A DNA stretch of 64,000 bases from Planctomycetota bacterium (GTDB taxonomy: Bacteria; Planctomycetota; UBA8108; SXIK01): assembly GCA_965223265.1 (NCBI GenBank), contig OZ244999.1, positions 192,001 to 256,000 on the forward strand, written 5' to 3'. The translations under genes were made by a program, and so were the position numbers. Below the pieces are notes generated by a model. The model was not told where the DNA came from. It saw only the letters and a program-made list of their open reading frames with translations, and searched no databases. Shown here piece by piece: positions 37,995 to 47,825 of this stretch. How positions within the stretch are numbered: the first letter of the stretch is position 1; the number at the start of each line of letters is the position of its first letter.

Positions 37995-40922
37995 ATGAAA
38001 AAACTGCGCGACTCCATCAGCTCAACCGCGAATCGCCTGGCTTGGCTCTGTCCGCTCGTCGTCATCGTCACGACTGTAACGTCTGTGGGCGCTGAGGAGT
38101 CGGCGAGTGACCCCGACGACGCCATTCGCCGCCGCATCGGCTGGGGTTGGGAGGACCGGCCCCACGGCCAGTCGCTCGCCAGTGAAGTTCTTGGCCAGTG
38201 GGCGAACGGGGATCCGGAGCGTTCGAATTTCGGTGGCTACGGCCCCTACGGCGGCGCCAAAGCGCACGGCTTTTTTTTCTACGGCTTCAACTCCGGTCGC
38301 TACCAAACCGTCGGAGGACTCGCGGCGCACATCGGCCGCCAGCTTTTGGCTGTACCTGACTACTGGAATCACCGTGTTCTTCTCTTCGAACTCCGCGCCG
38401 ACGGCTCCTTGGCGTCGCGGCGCGCCACACGAGTTCTCGGTCAAAAGCGCTTCGACACCATGGACATCGCTCAAGGGGCGAGCGGATTTCAGTTCCCTGC
38501 GGCGTGCGCGTTCGACCCTGCGGGCGAGCGACTCTTCGTCGTGGACGAGTACAACCATCGAGTTCTAGAGTTTCATCTTCATGACCCGATCGACTCCAAG
38601 TCGTCCCGCGCGGTGCGCGTGTTCGGCCAATCAGATTTCGATGCCTGGGGATATGATGCATCGCCGGGGGGGCTGGTTTGGGATTCAACGCGCGACGACG
38701 TGCGCGGTGTGCCGCTGACCCGCAGGCCGAACGCTCGTGGGTTGTTCTTGCCGCGTGGTGTCGCGTGTGACGGCGACCGACTCTTCGTCTCGGACGGCGA
38801 CAACCACCGTGTGCTCGTCTTTCATACGGACGAGCTGCAGAACGGGCCGGCGGCAACGTCGGTCCTCGGTCAGTCCGATTTCGTCAGCTACCTCCCCAAT
38901 CGCGGCGGTGTGGTGGGGCTTGAGACCATGCTGTTTCCGTCCGGCTTGAGCATCGACGCCGGGCATCGGTTTCTTCTCGTCGCTGACTCGATGAATCATC
39001 GTCTACTTGTTTTCGAAATCTCCGGTGAGATCTGGCGAGGTATGCCGGCGATCGTCGCCTTGCAGCTTCCGACCAGCGCCGAAGGACCACCCCCTTCTCA
39101 GCCCGAACGCCGCAAGATCACTGGGCTCGTCGATGTTACCGTCGACGCGGCGAACCGCGTTTTCGTCTCCGACCGCCCGGGTCGTAGGGTTCTCGTCTAC
39201 TCGCTCGATGAGATTCTGACCGGGAGGGCTGAGCCAAAGGCTGCGCTCGGCCGATTCGAGATGTCGACAGACCTCGAGCAATCGAAGCCGGGGTATGTCG
39301 GGCCGACGGGCCTCGCGGTCGCCGGCGACCACCTCTACGTTGCGGAGCCGCGCGGCAATCGCGTGCTCGCTTTTAGAGCGCAAGCGCCGCTGGCTCGTGC
39401 CATTGATCTACTTGGTCAGTTTCACGGCGGTGACATTCTTCGTCCCGACTGGAACAAGTACGGCCCAAACGATGGGCCGGGCCCTTACGGGTTTGACTAC
39501 GCCGACGGCACGCCCTCCGTGTCGGTCAGTGCCGACGGCGCTTGGCTGCTGGCTGCTGATACCATTGGTGGTCGCCTGCTGTTTTTTCCGCTACACGCAG
39601 ATGGTTTGCCGCTCGGTCGGGGAGCGCGTTTGACGCTCGGTGTTCCGACGCTCACCGCGCGCGGCAACAATTACGGCGCGGCACGTTTCAACCGCCCAAG
39701 CCACAGCGTCATGACAGCGTCGGGACAGCTGTTCGTCTCCGATTTTCAAGGTTCGCGTTTACTTCATTTTCAGCTCTCGAATGTTGCCGCGACGACTGGG
39801 GCTCGTGCGCTCGAATCACTACCAGCGTTCGATCCGCCGAAGAATCGACCGCCTAAACATCGTGAGGAGTTCGAGTCGAGCAGTGTCCGCAGTGGCCGCA
39901 ACGCGCTCCATGTCCTGGGGCAGAAAGATTTTCAGACCGGGCTGCGTGGTGTCGCGACGAGACGGCAGATGGGGAAAGAGATCAGCGGTCTTGCTATGGA
40001 CCGCGATCGCGGCTGGCTTGTCATCACCGAAAAATTGAACCACCGCGTCCTCATCGTCGATGTCAGCGACGGCGTTGAGACTTTCATGCCCGCGATGTTC
40101 GTCCTCGGTCAACCCGACTTCGACAGCAACGCGCCGCACTGGGGGAGTGGTCAGTGGCATCCCAGAGGCCTGGCCGAGCCTCATGGTGCTGCATACGACC
40201 GCCGCAGCCGGCTCCTGTTTGTGACCAGCGGCGAAGACGCTCAGACGCGTGAGATTCTTGGCTTTGATCTCGCCGGGCGCATCGCCAACGGTATGGAGCC
40301 CTGCATTCGGATTGGTGGGCCGCATGCGACGGTCAAGACGAAACTGCGTTATGTGCGCCGCACTCTGGCGCTCGATGAAAAGCGGCAGCGTCTGTGGTCA
40401 GGGCTTGTCGCGCTTGACGTCTCCGGCGACCTACGAGCGAAGAAGCGTCTGCCAGTTGTCGGTTGGTTCGGGCTTGGCGACCACCCGGAGGTCCACGCGC
40501 TGCAGGACTACAACACGCGCGGGATTCCGAATTTGCTCGGCTACTCCGTCGGTTTCTGTCATCGCTTTGGCGGTGCCGTGAACGCGACGGCTGTGCATCC
40601 GGAGACCGGAACTCTCTACGCCGCGGACACGCCACGCTATCGCATTCTCTGCTTTCAACCGCGGTTTCGTTTTCGCCAGCGGCCGATCCAAATTGTGCGC
40701 GGACACCGCGTAGTCGACTTCGTCGGCACGGGTGGGCTGGCGCCGCTGCGTTTTTCGCTCGTCGCGGGGGCGCTACCGAAGGGGCTTGAGCTTGACGAGC
40801 TCACGGGGTTGATTCACGGTGTCGCAGTCGAGGGGCGCGGTGAAGTCGAACTGACCGTGGAGGCGGTGACGGCGCTCGAGGTCGTACGCGGGGAGGTCCG
40901 CCTCACGTTTCGGCCCGACTGA
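37995..40922 (+). CDS. secreted NHL-repeat (beta-propeller) protein with C-terminal putative Ig domain
   Basis: Repeated 'LFV.D..NHRVL.F' and 'VLGQ.DF'; C-terminal 'GALPKGLELDELTGLIHG'. Confidence 0.85.
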   Translation: MKKLRDSISSTANRLAWLCPLVVIVTTVTSVGAEESASDPDDAIRRRIGWGWEDRPHGQSLASEVLGQWANGDPERSNFGGYGPYGGAKAHGFFFYGFNSGRYQTVGGLAAHIGRQLLAVPDYWNHRVLLFELRADGSLASRRATRVLGQKRFDTMDIAQGASGFQFPAACAFDPAGERLFVVDEYNHRVLEFHLHDPIDSKSSRAVRVFGQSDFDAWGYDASPGGLVWDSTRDDVRGVPLTRRPNARGLFLPRGVACDGDRLFVSDGDNHRVLVFHTDELQNGPAATSVLGQSDFVSYLPNRGGVVGLETMLFPSGLSIDAGHRFLLVADSMNHRLLVFEISGEIWRGMPAIVALQLPTSAEGPPPSQPERRKITGLVDVTVDAANRVFVSDRPGRRVLVYSLDEILTGRAEPKAALGRFEMSTDLEQSKPGYVGPTGLAVAGDHLYVAEPRGNRVLAFRAQAPLARAIDLLGQFHGGDILRPDWNKYGPNDGPGPYGFDYADGTPSVSVSADGAWLLAADTIGGRLLFFPLHADGLPLGRGARLTLGVPTLTARGNNYGAARFNRPSHSVMTASGQLFVSDFQGSRLLHFQLSNVAATTGARALESLPAFDPPKNRPPKHREEFESSSVRSGRNALHVLGQKDFQTGLRGVATRRQMGKEISGLAMDRDRGWLVITEKLNHRVLIVDVSDGVETFMPAMFVLGQPDFDSNAPHWGSGQWHPRGLAEPHGAAYDRRSRLLFVTSGEDAQTREILGFDLAGRIANGMEPCIRIGGPHATVKTKLRYVRRTLALDEKRQRLWSGLVALDVSGDLRAKKRLPVVGWFGLGDHPEVHALQDYNTRGIPNLLGYSVGFCHRFGGAVNATAVHPETGTLYAADTPRYRILCFQPRFRFRQRPIQIVRGHRVVDFVGTGGLAPLRFSLVAGALPKGLELDELTGLIHGVAVEGRGEVELTVEAVTALEVVRGEVRLTFRPD

Positions 40923-41270
40923 CGCCCGCCGTGACTTGCTCAGAACATCTGCTCACTGTTTCTGCCTCGTCGTCGCACGATCGCCCGGTTCGGTCAATGT
41001 TCGTAATTGATGGGCGTGTTCGACTTGGGTTAGCATAGGTCCCTGGGCCGGACCTCCGGCTTTCTTCGGTGGGTTAGGGACGACGCTCGTGCAACTGTGT
41101 TGACGAGATTCAAGGGGAAGAGTTGGGTTTCACGTTGTGTCCGGGCAGGTTCGCAGAACGTGTCGTGGCGGCATTGTCGCGTCTGCGTTGCGTTCCTTTT
41201 GAGGGAGGCGGGTCGTTCGAGCGGCTCACCGTGTTGTTGTCGTGTGTGGGCGAGACTTCAAGAACTCGGT

Positions 41271-41435
41271 TAGCAGCCTGTTGAAAAAGTGCTTCGAGTC
41301 GAAAACTGGTCGCTTCGCGTCCAGATCGGCCGCGGCGAACGTAGGTAATCTCCGAGATTATCGAGGCTCGCCGCGGTCGATCTGGGCGTGAAGAGGCCAG
41401 TTTCTCGGCCGAATGACTTTTTCAACGAGCTGTTA
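41271..41435. mobile_element. MITE-like palindromic element, copy 2
   Basis: TA-gcagcctgttgaaaaagt ... actttttcaacgagctgt-TA terminal inverted repeats with internal dyad; homologous to 3185-3378 in opposite orientation. Confidence 0.72.
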
Positions 41436-41472
41436 GGGTGCGTGCCACACGCTTGAGCGAAAGGGGGAAACT

Positions 41473-42711
41473 ATGCGTTTCCGTGGGACTTTGTGCATCT
41501 TTTTCGTTGTCACTCTTTCTACATCCGCATCGGCGGCCAACTTCTTTGTCAACGCGAGCAATGGGGATGACGGTAATTCCGGGACGTCGTCCAACAGCCC
41601 GTTCCTCACTGTTCAGCACGCCGTGGACGTGGCTGCGGCTTCTCCTGGTGCCGACACCATTGACATCGCCGCAGGTGAGTACGTTGAGAACGTTTCGATT
41701 GCTGATCCGGGCACGGTGACTCTTCAAGGCGGCGGTGATGCCTCGATCGTCGCAGCCGACTCGGCGGAAAACGTCGTCTCGATCTCTTCGGGCGACGTGA
41801 CGCTGCGTGGACTTGCGGTCTCGGGGGGTAAGAACGGGATCATGGCCGAACGAGCGGACGACGACACCGCTCTTTCCCTCACACTTGTCGATGTCAGCTC
41901 GACGGAGAACGACGATCCCGATCCAGATGACGACGTCGAGGATGGTCATGGTGTCTACGTTGACGACGTCGACGCCGTCGTGATCGTCCGCGGCAATTAC
42001 TCCGACAACGGCAGTGACGACGACATGCACGGGATCAACCTTGACGACACACCGAGCGTGCGTTTGAGCGGTGTGACGGCGACCGGCAACGGCGAGCGCG
42101 GCGTCAACGCCGAAGATATCGACAGCGTCGAGGTGATCGGCGGTAACTACTCGAACAATGGCGGCGACGGTTTCAAGCTTGAGGACGCGGGTTCGATTTC
42201 GGCCGTTTCGGTGACCGTCTCAGACAACGGCGCTGACGGTTTCGACCTCGAAGAGATCGGCTCGATTCGAGTCGACAATACATCTGCCAGCAACAACGGA
42301 GACGAGGGATTGGAAGTCGACGACTGCGGCACGATCGTGGTGGTCGGGGGTGTCTACTCGGGGAATGCGGACGATGGCATCGACATTGACAACACTGTGT
42401 CCATCTCCGTCATTAATGTGACCTCGGTAGCTAACGATGTCGATGATGACGATAACGGGGGAAATGGTCTTCAAGTCGAAGCAGACGACATCGACATCTC
42501 GTCGGTTTTGGTGATCAATGGTGAGTTTTCTGGCAACCGTTCCGACGGAATTGATATCGTCGAGGACGGCACCGTCATTCAGAGTGTTACGTTGCTTGCG
42601 ATCACCGCCAATGACAACGGCGACAGCGGCATCAAGGTTGAGACCAGCGGCGACGTCGTCGCCCGTGGTATAAGGTCCGCGAACAACGGTGACGACGACG
42701 TCCTCCCGTAG
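41473..42711 (+). CDS. secreted Asp/Asn-rich right-handed parallel beta-helix protein
   Basis: AAGGGGG RBS; signal peptide; 'FFVNASNGDDGNSG...PFLTVQHAV' (DUF1565-like); repeated 'N..DG..' coils. Confidence 0.85.
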   Translation: MRFRGTLCIFFVVTLSTSASAANFFVNASNGDDGNSGTSSNSPFLTVQHAVDVAAASPGADTIDIAAGEYVENVSIADPGTVTLQGGGDASIVAADSAENVVSISSGDVTLRGLAVSGGKNGIMAERADDDTALSLTLVDVSSTENDDPDPDDDVEDGHGVYVDDVDAVVIVRGNYSDNGSDDDMHGINLDDTPSVRLSGVTATGNGERGVNAEDIDSVEVIGGNYSNNGGDGFKLEDAGSISAVSVTVSDNGADGFDLEEIGSIRVDNTSASNNGDEGLEVDDCGTIVVVGGVYSGNADDGIDIDNTVSISVINVTSVANDVDDDDNGGNGLQVEADDIDISSVLVINGEFSGNRSDGIDIVEDGTVIQSVTLLAITANDNGDSGIKVETSGDVVARGIRSANNGDDDVLP

Positions 42712-42772
42712 GACATCGCTCCGACCTAGTCGATACACTACGCCCGATCGGTCGGTGAGTCGCGCTGCGAGT

Positions 42773-43372
42773 CTACCCCGCCCGGTCGGGCGTTTTTGTC
42801 GCGTGCTCTGTTGCCGCAATCGCAGTCGGTTCCTCGATCACGATCGTCTTCGCAATCTGGTCATGAACGCAGCGGCGGTCTTGGCGAAAGATCATCAGGC
42901 CGTCGATCAGGGCGTAGGCCCATCCCGCCCAGGGGACACCTGTGATGAACTGGTTCAGCCACCATCGCAGCGAGACCGCGCTGAGAAAGCCGGGGTTGCC
43001 ATAGTCTTCGTGTCTCACGATGCGAAGTCTGAAGATGATCTTGCCGACGTCTTGTCCCCGTGCCGAGAGAAGGTAGCACTGCAGAGCGAAGAAGCCGAGA
43101 AACACGAAAGCTGCGAATCCAAGTCCAACGACAAACGGTGTCAACTCATCGGTGCTTACCGCGTCGGTCGTTGCTACTATGAGCATCAAGACGAGTGGAG
43201 TCATGACTGCAGCCCAGATGACCTGGTTGGTGATGAACGCTGCAAGGCGCGTCCACCGGCTAGCAAGGGTGATCTCCGATCTGGGGGCGAGGATTTGGCT
43301 GTCGGGAGGTGGGGCCGCGTAAGGGTTCGGCGCGTCTGCAGTCTCTTGTCTGCTGGGTTCTCTGTCGTGCAT
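42773..43372 (-). CDS. RDD family membrane protein
   Basis: 'NPYAAP', 'LASRWTRLAAFI', 'GQDVGKIIFRLRIV', 'RRCVHDQIAKTIV'. Confidence 0.88.
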   Translation of the reverse strand: MHDREPSRQETADAPNPYAAPPPDSQILAPRSEITLASRWTRLAAFITNQVIWAAVMTPLVLMLIVATTDAVSTDELTPFVVGLGFAAFVFLGFFALQCYLLSARGQDVGKIIFRLRIVRHEDYGNPGFLSAVSLRWWLNQFITGVPWAGWAYALIDGLMIFRQDRRCVHDQIAKTIVIEEPTAIAATEHATKTPDRAG

Positions 43373-43534
43373 AGACGTGTCCTGTTTTTTCGGGGCGGAC
43401 GGTATACTAGCCGAGACTTTGGCGGGCTTCAAACATGAGACGGTTCTCGGGGGCGCGGAGCGGGCGACCGTCCGCCCGGATCGGTGTTCCACTGACGTGA
43501 AGGTGTGTCGAAAGATGGGATCAGGAGGAAGGCG

Positions 43535-44641
43535 ATGGCGAAGATTTACCGCATCGGCGTAATCGGCAGCACTGGTCGCGGCAACTACGGTCACGGACTC
43601 GACACGACGTGGTTTGACGTGCCGCAGGCCGAAGTCGTCGCGGTCGCGGACGATGATCCCGACGGACTCGCGAAAGCGGCCAAGCGCCTCAAGGTGGAGC
43701 GTGCCTTTAGCGACTACCGGCAGATGCTCGACAAGGAGAAGCTCGACATCGTCGCAGTCTGTCCCCGTTGGGTCGATCAACATCGCGACATGATCGTCGC
43801 CGCGGCGGAGCGCGCTGTGCACATCTACGTCGAGAAGCCTTTTTGCCGTACCCTTGCAGAGGCTGACGAGATCGTCGACGCGTGCGAGCGCACACACGTC
43901 AAGTTGGCGATTGGGCATCCCACCCACTACAGCCCGAAGCTCGCGACGCTCAAACGGCTGATCGACGCGGGAGCAATTGGGGAAGTTCTCGAGTATCGCG
44001 CCCGCGGCAAAGAGGATCGGCGTGGCGGCGGTGAAGACCTTTGGGTGTTGGGCACGCACGTGCTCGATATGGTGCGCTACCTCGGCGGCCACCCGCGCTG
44101 GTGCTTCGCGCGAGTGACGCAGGGCGGCGAAGCCGTGGCGAAGAAGCACATCGCGCCAGGAGCCGAAGGGATTGGACCGCTAGCCGGCGATTCGGTGAGC
44201 GCCGTGTACGGCCTCGAGGGTGGCGCGACGGCGCACTTCCAATCGCGTCGCCACATGGCCGGCAGGCCGTCGCGCTATGGTCTGCAGATCTTCGGCAGCG
44301 AGGGTGTCTTCGAGATCGTCGAAGGGACGATGCCACCGGTGAAGTTTCTCGGTGATCCGAGCTGGTCGCCCGGGCGGACCGGCAGCGAATGGCAGGACGT
44401 CTCATCAGCGGGCATCGGTCAGCCTGAGCCGCTCGCCGGCAAGGAGTACGAGGCGCGGCATCTCCTCGCCATCCGAGATCTCCTCGACGCGATCGAGAAC
44501 AACCGCGAGGGTTTCGACTCGATCCACGTCGCACGCGGCGTCACCGAGATGATCGTGTCGGTCTTCGAGTCGCATCGCCTCGGCCGGCCGGTCGAGTTGC
44601 CGCTGGAGAACCGCGAGAACCCGCTTACCTTGCTCAAGTGA
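43535..44641 (+). CDS. Gfo/Idh/MocA family oxidoreductase (cytoplasmic)
   Basis: AGGAGG RBS; 'IGVIGSTGRGNYGHG', 'YVEKP', 'GTH'. Confidence 0.92.
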   Translation: MAKIYRIGVIGSTGRGNYGHGLDTTWFDVPQAEVVAVADDDPDGLAKAAKRLKVERAFSDYRQMLDKEKLDIVAVCPRWVDQHRDMIVAAAERAVHIYVEKPFCRTLAEADEIVDACERTHVKLAIGHPTHYSPKLATLKRLIDAGAIGEVLEYRARGKEDRRGGGEDLWVLGTHVLDMVRYLGGHPRWCFARVTQGGEAVAKKHIAPGAEGIGPLAGDSVSAVYGLEGGATAHFQSRRHMAGRPSRYGLQIFGSEGVFEIVEGTMPPVKFLGDPSWSPGRTGSEWQDVSSAGIGQPEPLAGKEYEARHLLAIRDLLDAIENNREGFDSIHVARGVTEMIVSVFESHRLGRPVELPLENRENPLTLLK

Positions 44642-44680
44642 CTCACCAGGCGGAGAGCGAAGCGGGTCGTACACTGGACC

Positions 44681-44950
44681 TCAATCGTCGCCGGCAAAGC
44701 GCGAACGGCGTAGCTTTCTGCTGCAGAACCAAGCTCGGGCGATGAACGCGAACGTCACGACGGCAACGGCGGAGAGCGCGACAGCGATACCCCAGTTATC
44801 GCCGTCCAGAAAGAGCGCGATGACGAGAAGTGGCAGCGAGACGAACGCGAACGTTCCGGCGACGCGGTGGACGGAGCGTTCGACCGTCACGTCGCGTAAT
44901 TCGTCCGATGTGAGGCGATCGGGTTCTCGGTGGTCTGAAAGAGAAGTCAT
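44681..44950 (-). CDS. small two-TM membrane protein
   Basis: 89 aa; two hydrophobic helices followed by a basic tail. Confidence 0.55.
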   Translation of the reverse strand: MTSLSDHREPDRLTSDELRDVTVERSVHRVAGTFAFVSLPLLVIALFLDGDNWGIAVALSAVAVVTFAFIARAWFCSRKLRRSRFAGDD

Positions 44951-45189
44951 GTGTGGCGTTTGCTCGTTGTGTTCACGTGCGTGTTCGTTGCATGGACGTG
45001 AACGATACCTCCTTTGACGTGATCTCGTCGCAGGTTATTCAGCACCCACCAACCTTGGTGCGCCCGTGTCCTGACCGACAGAGTAGTCGACACGTTCGCC
45101 ATGTTGCAAAAGGGAGGCGCTTCTAAGCCATGCGGGATGCGATTGCGTGTGGGGGTGGAGTGTGCGTGTGGGCGAGTGCGAGTGCTCAA

Positions 45190-45330
45190 GTAGCAGGCAC
45201 ACTCCGAGGCTGTGAAGTTTTTAAACTTGCCGTCGCAACTCTCCGGAACGGCACACGGCGTGTGCCTGCTACTTTGAAGAGCGTATCGGCGACGTCTTTA
45301 TAGTAGCAGGCACACTCCCGTGTGCCGTTC
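45190..45330. repeat. GTAG-type REP cluster (three units, BIME-like)
   Basis: gtagcaggcacactccg (45190-45206), inverted gaacggcacacggcgtgtgcctgctac (45246-45272), gtagcaggcacactcccgtgtgccgttc (45303-45330); internal hairpin ggcacac/gtgtgcc. Confidence 0.85.
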
Positions 45331-46864
45331 AGTCGTGGCGTCGTGTCAATTCAGGCGCTGTGGCGTCGAGCGGGGGCGAATGCAGCGTGAAGTCGAGGCG
45401 CTGGTGACCGCCATCGTCTCTACCGTTGTAGCCAACGGCCCAGAGCGTCCAGCCATCCGCGTCGCAGCGGTAGCGAAGAGGGCGCCTCGCGATGTGGTCG
45501 AGTGGGACCGTCGCGAGGATTTCCGGCACGAGATCGTTCAGCGACGATGGAGAGTCCCCTGTCTCAGCGCAGAAGATCGACAGTGCGAGCGCGGCGCGCG
45601 TGAGCGAGAGGCGGGTCCTGGCGTGGCGTTCGTTTTCGTCCACTCCGGCGCAGATTGAGGAGTCGAGGGCATACGACACGAATTTGTTCACTGCGAGGCG
45701 TGGAACGAGGCTTCTGGAGATCTCCCGACCGTGTTTCAGGATTTTACGCATCCAAGATGGCCCCTGAATCGTTGGCCGATGCCTCTGGGTGATGGTTTCG
45801 CCGCGAGCATATGCATCCAATACCATGTCAAGTTTGTGATGGATGCGGCGCAGAATCGGATGCGGATCGAACTGTGCGTTGGGTGGTACGCATAGATCAA
45901 TCCAGTCCTCCTCGTACCCTTCGCCGGCCCAACAGCCTGAGACGAAGTCGAGCAGCTCTAGCCGCCATCGTTCGACGATGGTTGTTGCTGCCGTTGGCGC
46001 TGGCCAGGTCTCAAGGTCCTCCAGGAGTTGCCGTGCCAACTGCGGCGGCAAGGTCGCAGAGACGACCACATCGTGAGCTAAGCGAGCGCCGCTTTCATAA
46101 GCTTCGTAGGCGAAGCCAGACCAGATGACAAACAGTATCCGCCCGACGTGTGCGCTCAAGTTGACGACGTCCCGCGCGGTGCGCCACGCTGCGAGTCGCT
46201 TCTCAGCTGCGAGATCGAGGTATCCCGCGGCGGTGAGGAGAAGGTATGCTCCACGCACGTCGATGAGCGACAGTGGAGTTCTTGAATTATCAAGTCGCTT
46301 TGGTGCTGAGGTGGGTTGCAGCGGCAGGTAGAACTTGGACCGGCGCGCTGCGTCACGAATCAACGCCGTAGCCACTTCGTTCGATTCGATCCAAGCTTTG
46401 ACGAGTGGGAATTCGTCCGCGTGCCAGGGGCTTCTGGACGTTTCCTTCACGGCATCCCATAAGTCGAAGTCATCGAGCGGGAAGTCGAAGGGATTGGTCC
46501 ACGCGTTGTCCTCGCGAACGACGAAACCATGCTGCCTCAAGAAGTCTACAGAGTCGTCGTCGCCTGGCCCGACGAGGGCTTCGACCAGGGGCATCGCGGC
46601 GTTCTCCTCTGCCGTCACACCAGCGCTGGCTTGGCGCTCGACGATCGTCACATAGTCGACGGTCCCGTCCTGATTGAGTGGACCGCTGAACCGCGTCGTC
46701 TCCCAGCCGTACTCGAGCAGCACGCGTTTGGGGCGCACGGCAAACACCGCGACGAAGACGCCGACGACGATCACAGTAAGAATGAGCCCATCGATGACGA
46801 AGGCACGACTCGTCAGCGCTTCCTGCTCCGACGAACTTTCGCGCCGGTGCACCTTGATCTTCAT
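45329..46864 (-). CDS. membrane-anchored hypothetical protein with GspG/pseudopilin-like C-terminal motif
   Basis: One N-terminal TM; 'ETTRF..PL..DGTVDY', 'ENAA'; C-terminal 'ALSIF..ETG..P.SLNDLVP....VPLD....LRY...LWAVG.NGRDDGG'. ORF track start is 46969. Confidence 0.7.
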   Translation of the reverse strand: MKIKVHRRESSSEQEALTSRAFVIDGLILTVIVVGVFVAVFAVRPKRVLLEYGWETTRFSGPLNQDGTVDYVTIVERQASAGVTAEENAAMPLVEALVGPGDDDSVDFLRQHGFVVREDNAWTNPFDFPLDDFDLWDAVKETSRSPWHADEFPLVKAWIESNEVATALIRDAARRSKFYLPLQPTSAPKRLDNSRTPLSLIDVRGAYLLLTAAGYLDLAAEKRLAAWRTARDVVNLSAHVGRILFVIWSGFAYEAYESGARLAHDVVVSATLPPQLARQLLEDLETWPAPTAATTIVERWRLELLDFVSGCWAGEGYEEDWIDLCVPPNAQFDPHPILRRIHHKLDMVLDAYARGETITQRHRPTIQGPSWMRKILKHGREISRSLVPRLAVNKFVSYALDSSICAGVDENERHARTRLSLTRAALALSIFCAETGDSPSSLNDLVPEILATVPLDHIARRPLRYRCDADGWTLWAVGYNGRDDGGHQRLDFTLHSPPLDATAPELTRRHD

Positions 46865-47019
46865 GCCCTCTTTATCGGCACACTCTGACGCAACCTTTAG
46901 ATTCGGGAGACGCCGGACTCCTGACTCCGACCGTGTCGCTTCCTTCAGCCGACCTGCTGCTACGCTCACCTACGATCCAGAGCTCGTCGGCTATCTTCTT
47001 GGCGCGCGGCGACTCTCTA

Positions 47020-47709
47020 CTACCGCATGGGCGATCTCCCGGTCTGCCAGCGTCCCGCGGTCCTTAGCAGCACCCAGGCCGCAGCTCCTCCGAGCGCACC
47101 GCCGCCGTGACAGGCCACCATGGGCACTCCCGTCAGACCGAGGTGCATCGATGAGAAGGCGAGCTCTCCAGTCCGCATTTCGTAACTACTTTTCAGTGCG
47201 ACCGCAGCGACGCAGAGCCAGCCGACACGACGGAGCGGCGCGTCGACGTTCTTCCCAAACGCCCAATCGAGCCCGACGACGAGGAGGAGTCCGTGGCCGA
47301 TACCCGAGAGGCCTCCAAGGCCGAGGTGCGAAATCTCAGGCATCATCCATAAGGTCGCTACCAAGCTCCCGGTGCCGCAGCCGAAGAGGAGGACCAGGCG
47401 ACGATGAAGCTTGTGACCGGCAAGAATTCCGTACAGACATAGGAACGCTCCTGCGTCGAGCAGCAGGTGATACCAGCTGACGTGAACAAACGGATGCGTC
47501 GCGAGGCGCCACCATTCGCCGGCACTCACTGCGGCCGGAAGAAAAATCTGCGGCGCTACGAGATCCACACCGACCGTGTGCAGATTGAGTCCAACGAGAA
47601 GGACCGTGAAGAGCCACACCTCGGGAGCTCGTCGTGCTAGCGCCGCAGCGGGAGGTCCGGGGAATCCTTCAGTGGCTGGCTGCGTTGTGAGCATCGTGTT
47701 GTCTGGCAT
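47020..47709 (-). CDS. rrtA: rhombosortase (rhomboid family intramembrane protease)
   Basis: 'GEWWRL.THPFVH.SWYHLLL', catalytic 'GLSGIGHG', His in 'VACHGGG'; lies directly downstream of a GlyGly-CTERM gene. Confidence 0.85.
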   Translation of the reverse strand: MPDNTMLTTQPATEGFPGPPAAALARRAPEVWLFTVLLVGLNLHTVGVDLVAPQIFLPAAVSAGEWWRLATHPFVHVSWYHLLLDAGAFLCLYGILAGHKLHRRLVLLFGCGTGSLVATLWMMPEISHLGLGGLSGIGHGLLLVVGLDWAFGKNVDAPLRRVGWLCVAAVALKSSYEMRTGELAFSSMHLGLTGVPMVACHGGGALGGAAAWVLLRTAGRWQTGRSPMR

Positions 47710-47825
47710 ACAGAGTCTCCTCGCGTTTGAACTCACAGGAAAGCGACGAACGCCGGCGGTCTCTAGCACCGCCGACGTTGTCAGTTCGCTATCTCTGAAG
47801 GGGGCCGTCGCGTGCAGCGAGATCG

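Noticed and set aside
41036-41110. Cobalamin riboswitch (GCAACTGT word)
   Set aside because: It lacks the GGGAA/CCGGTG..AA.CC and B12-box elements and no B12-related gene follows; kept only as a generic structured-RNA candidate
43373-44149. N-terminal extension of the RDD ORF in the ORF track (458 aa)
   Set aside because: It is antisense to the Gfo/Idh/MocA gene; the RDD protein plausibly starts at 43372
45190-45330. CRISPR mini-array
   Set aside because: Units alternate in orientation and are GTAG-REP type; no cas genes in the window
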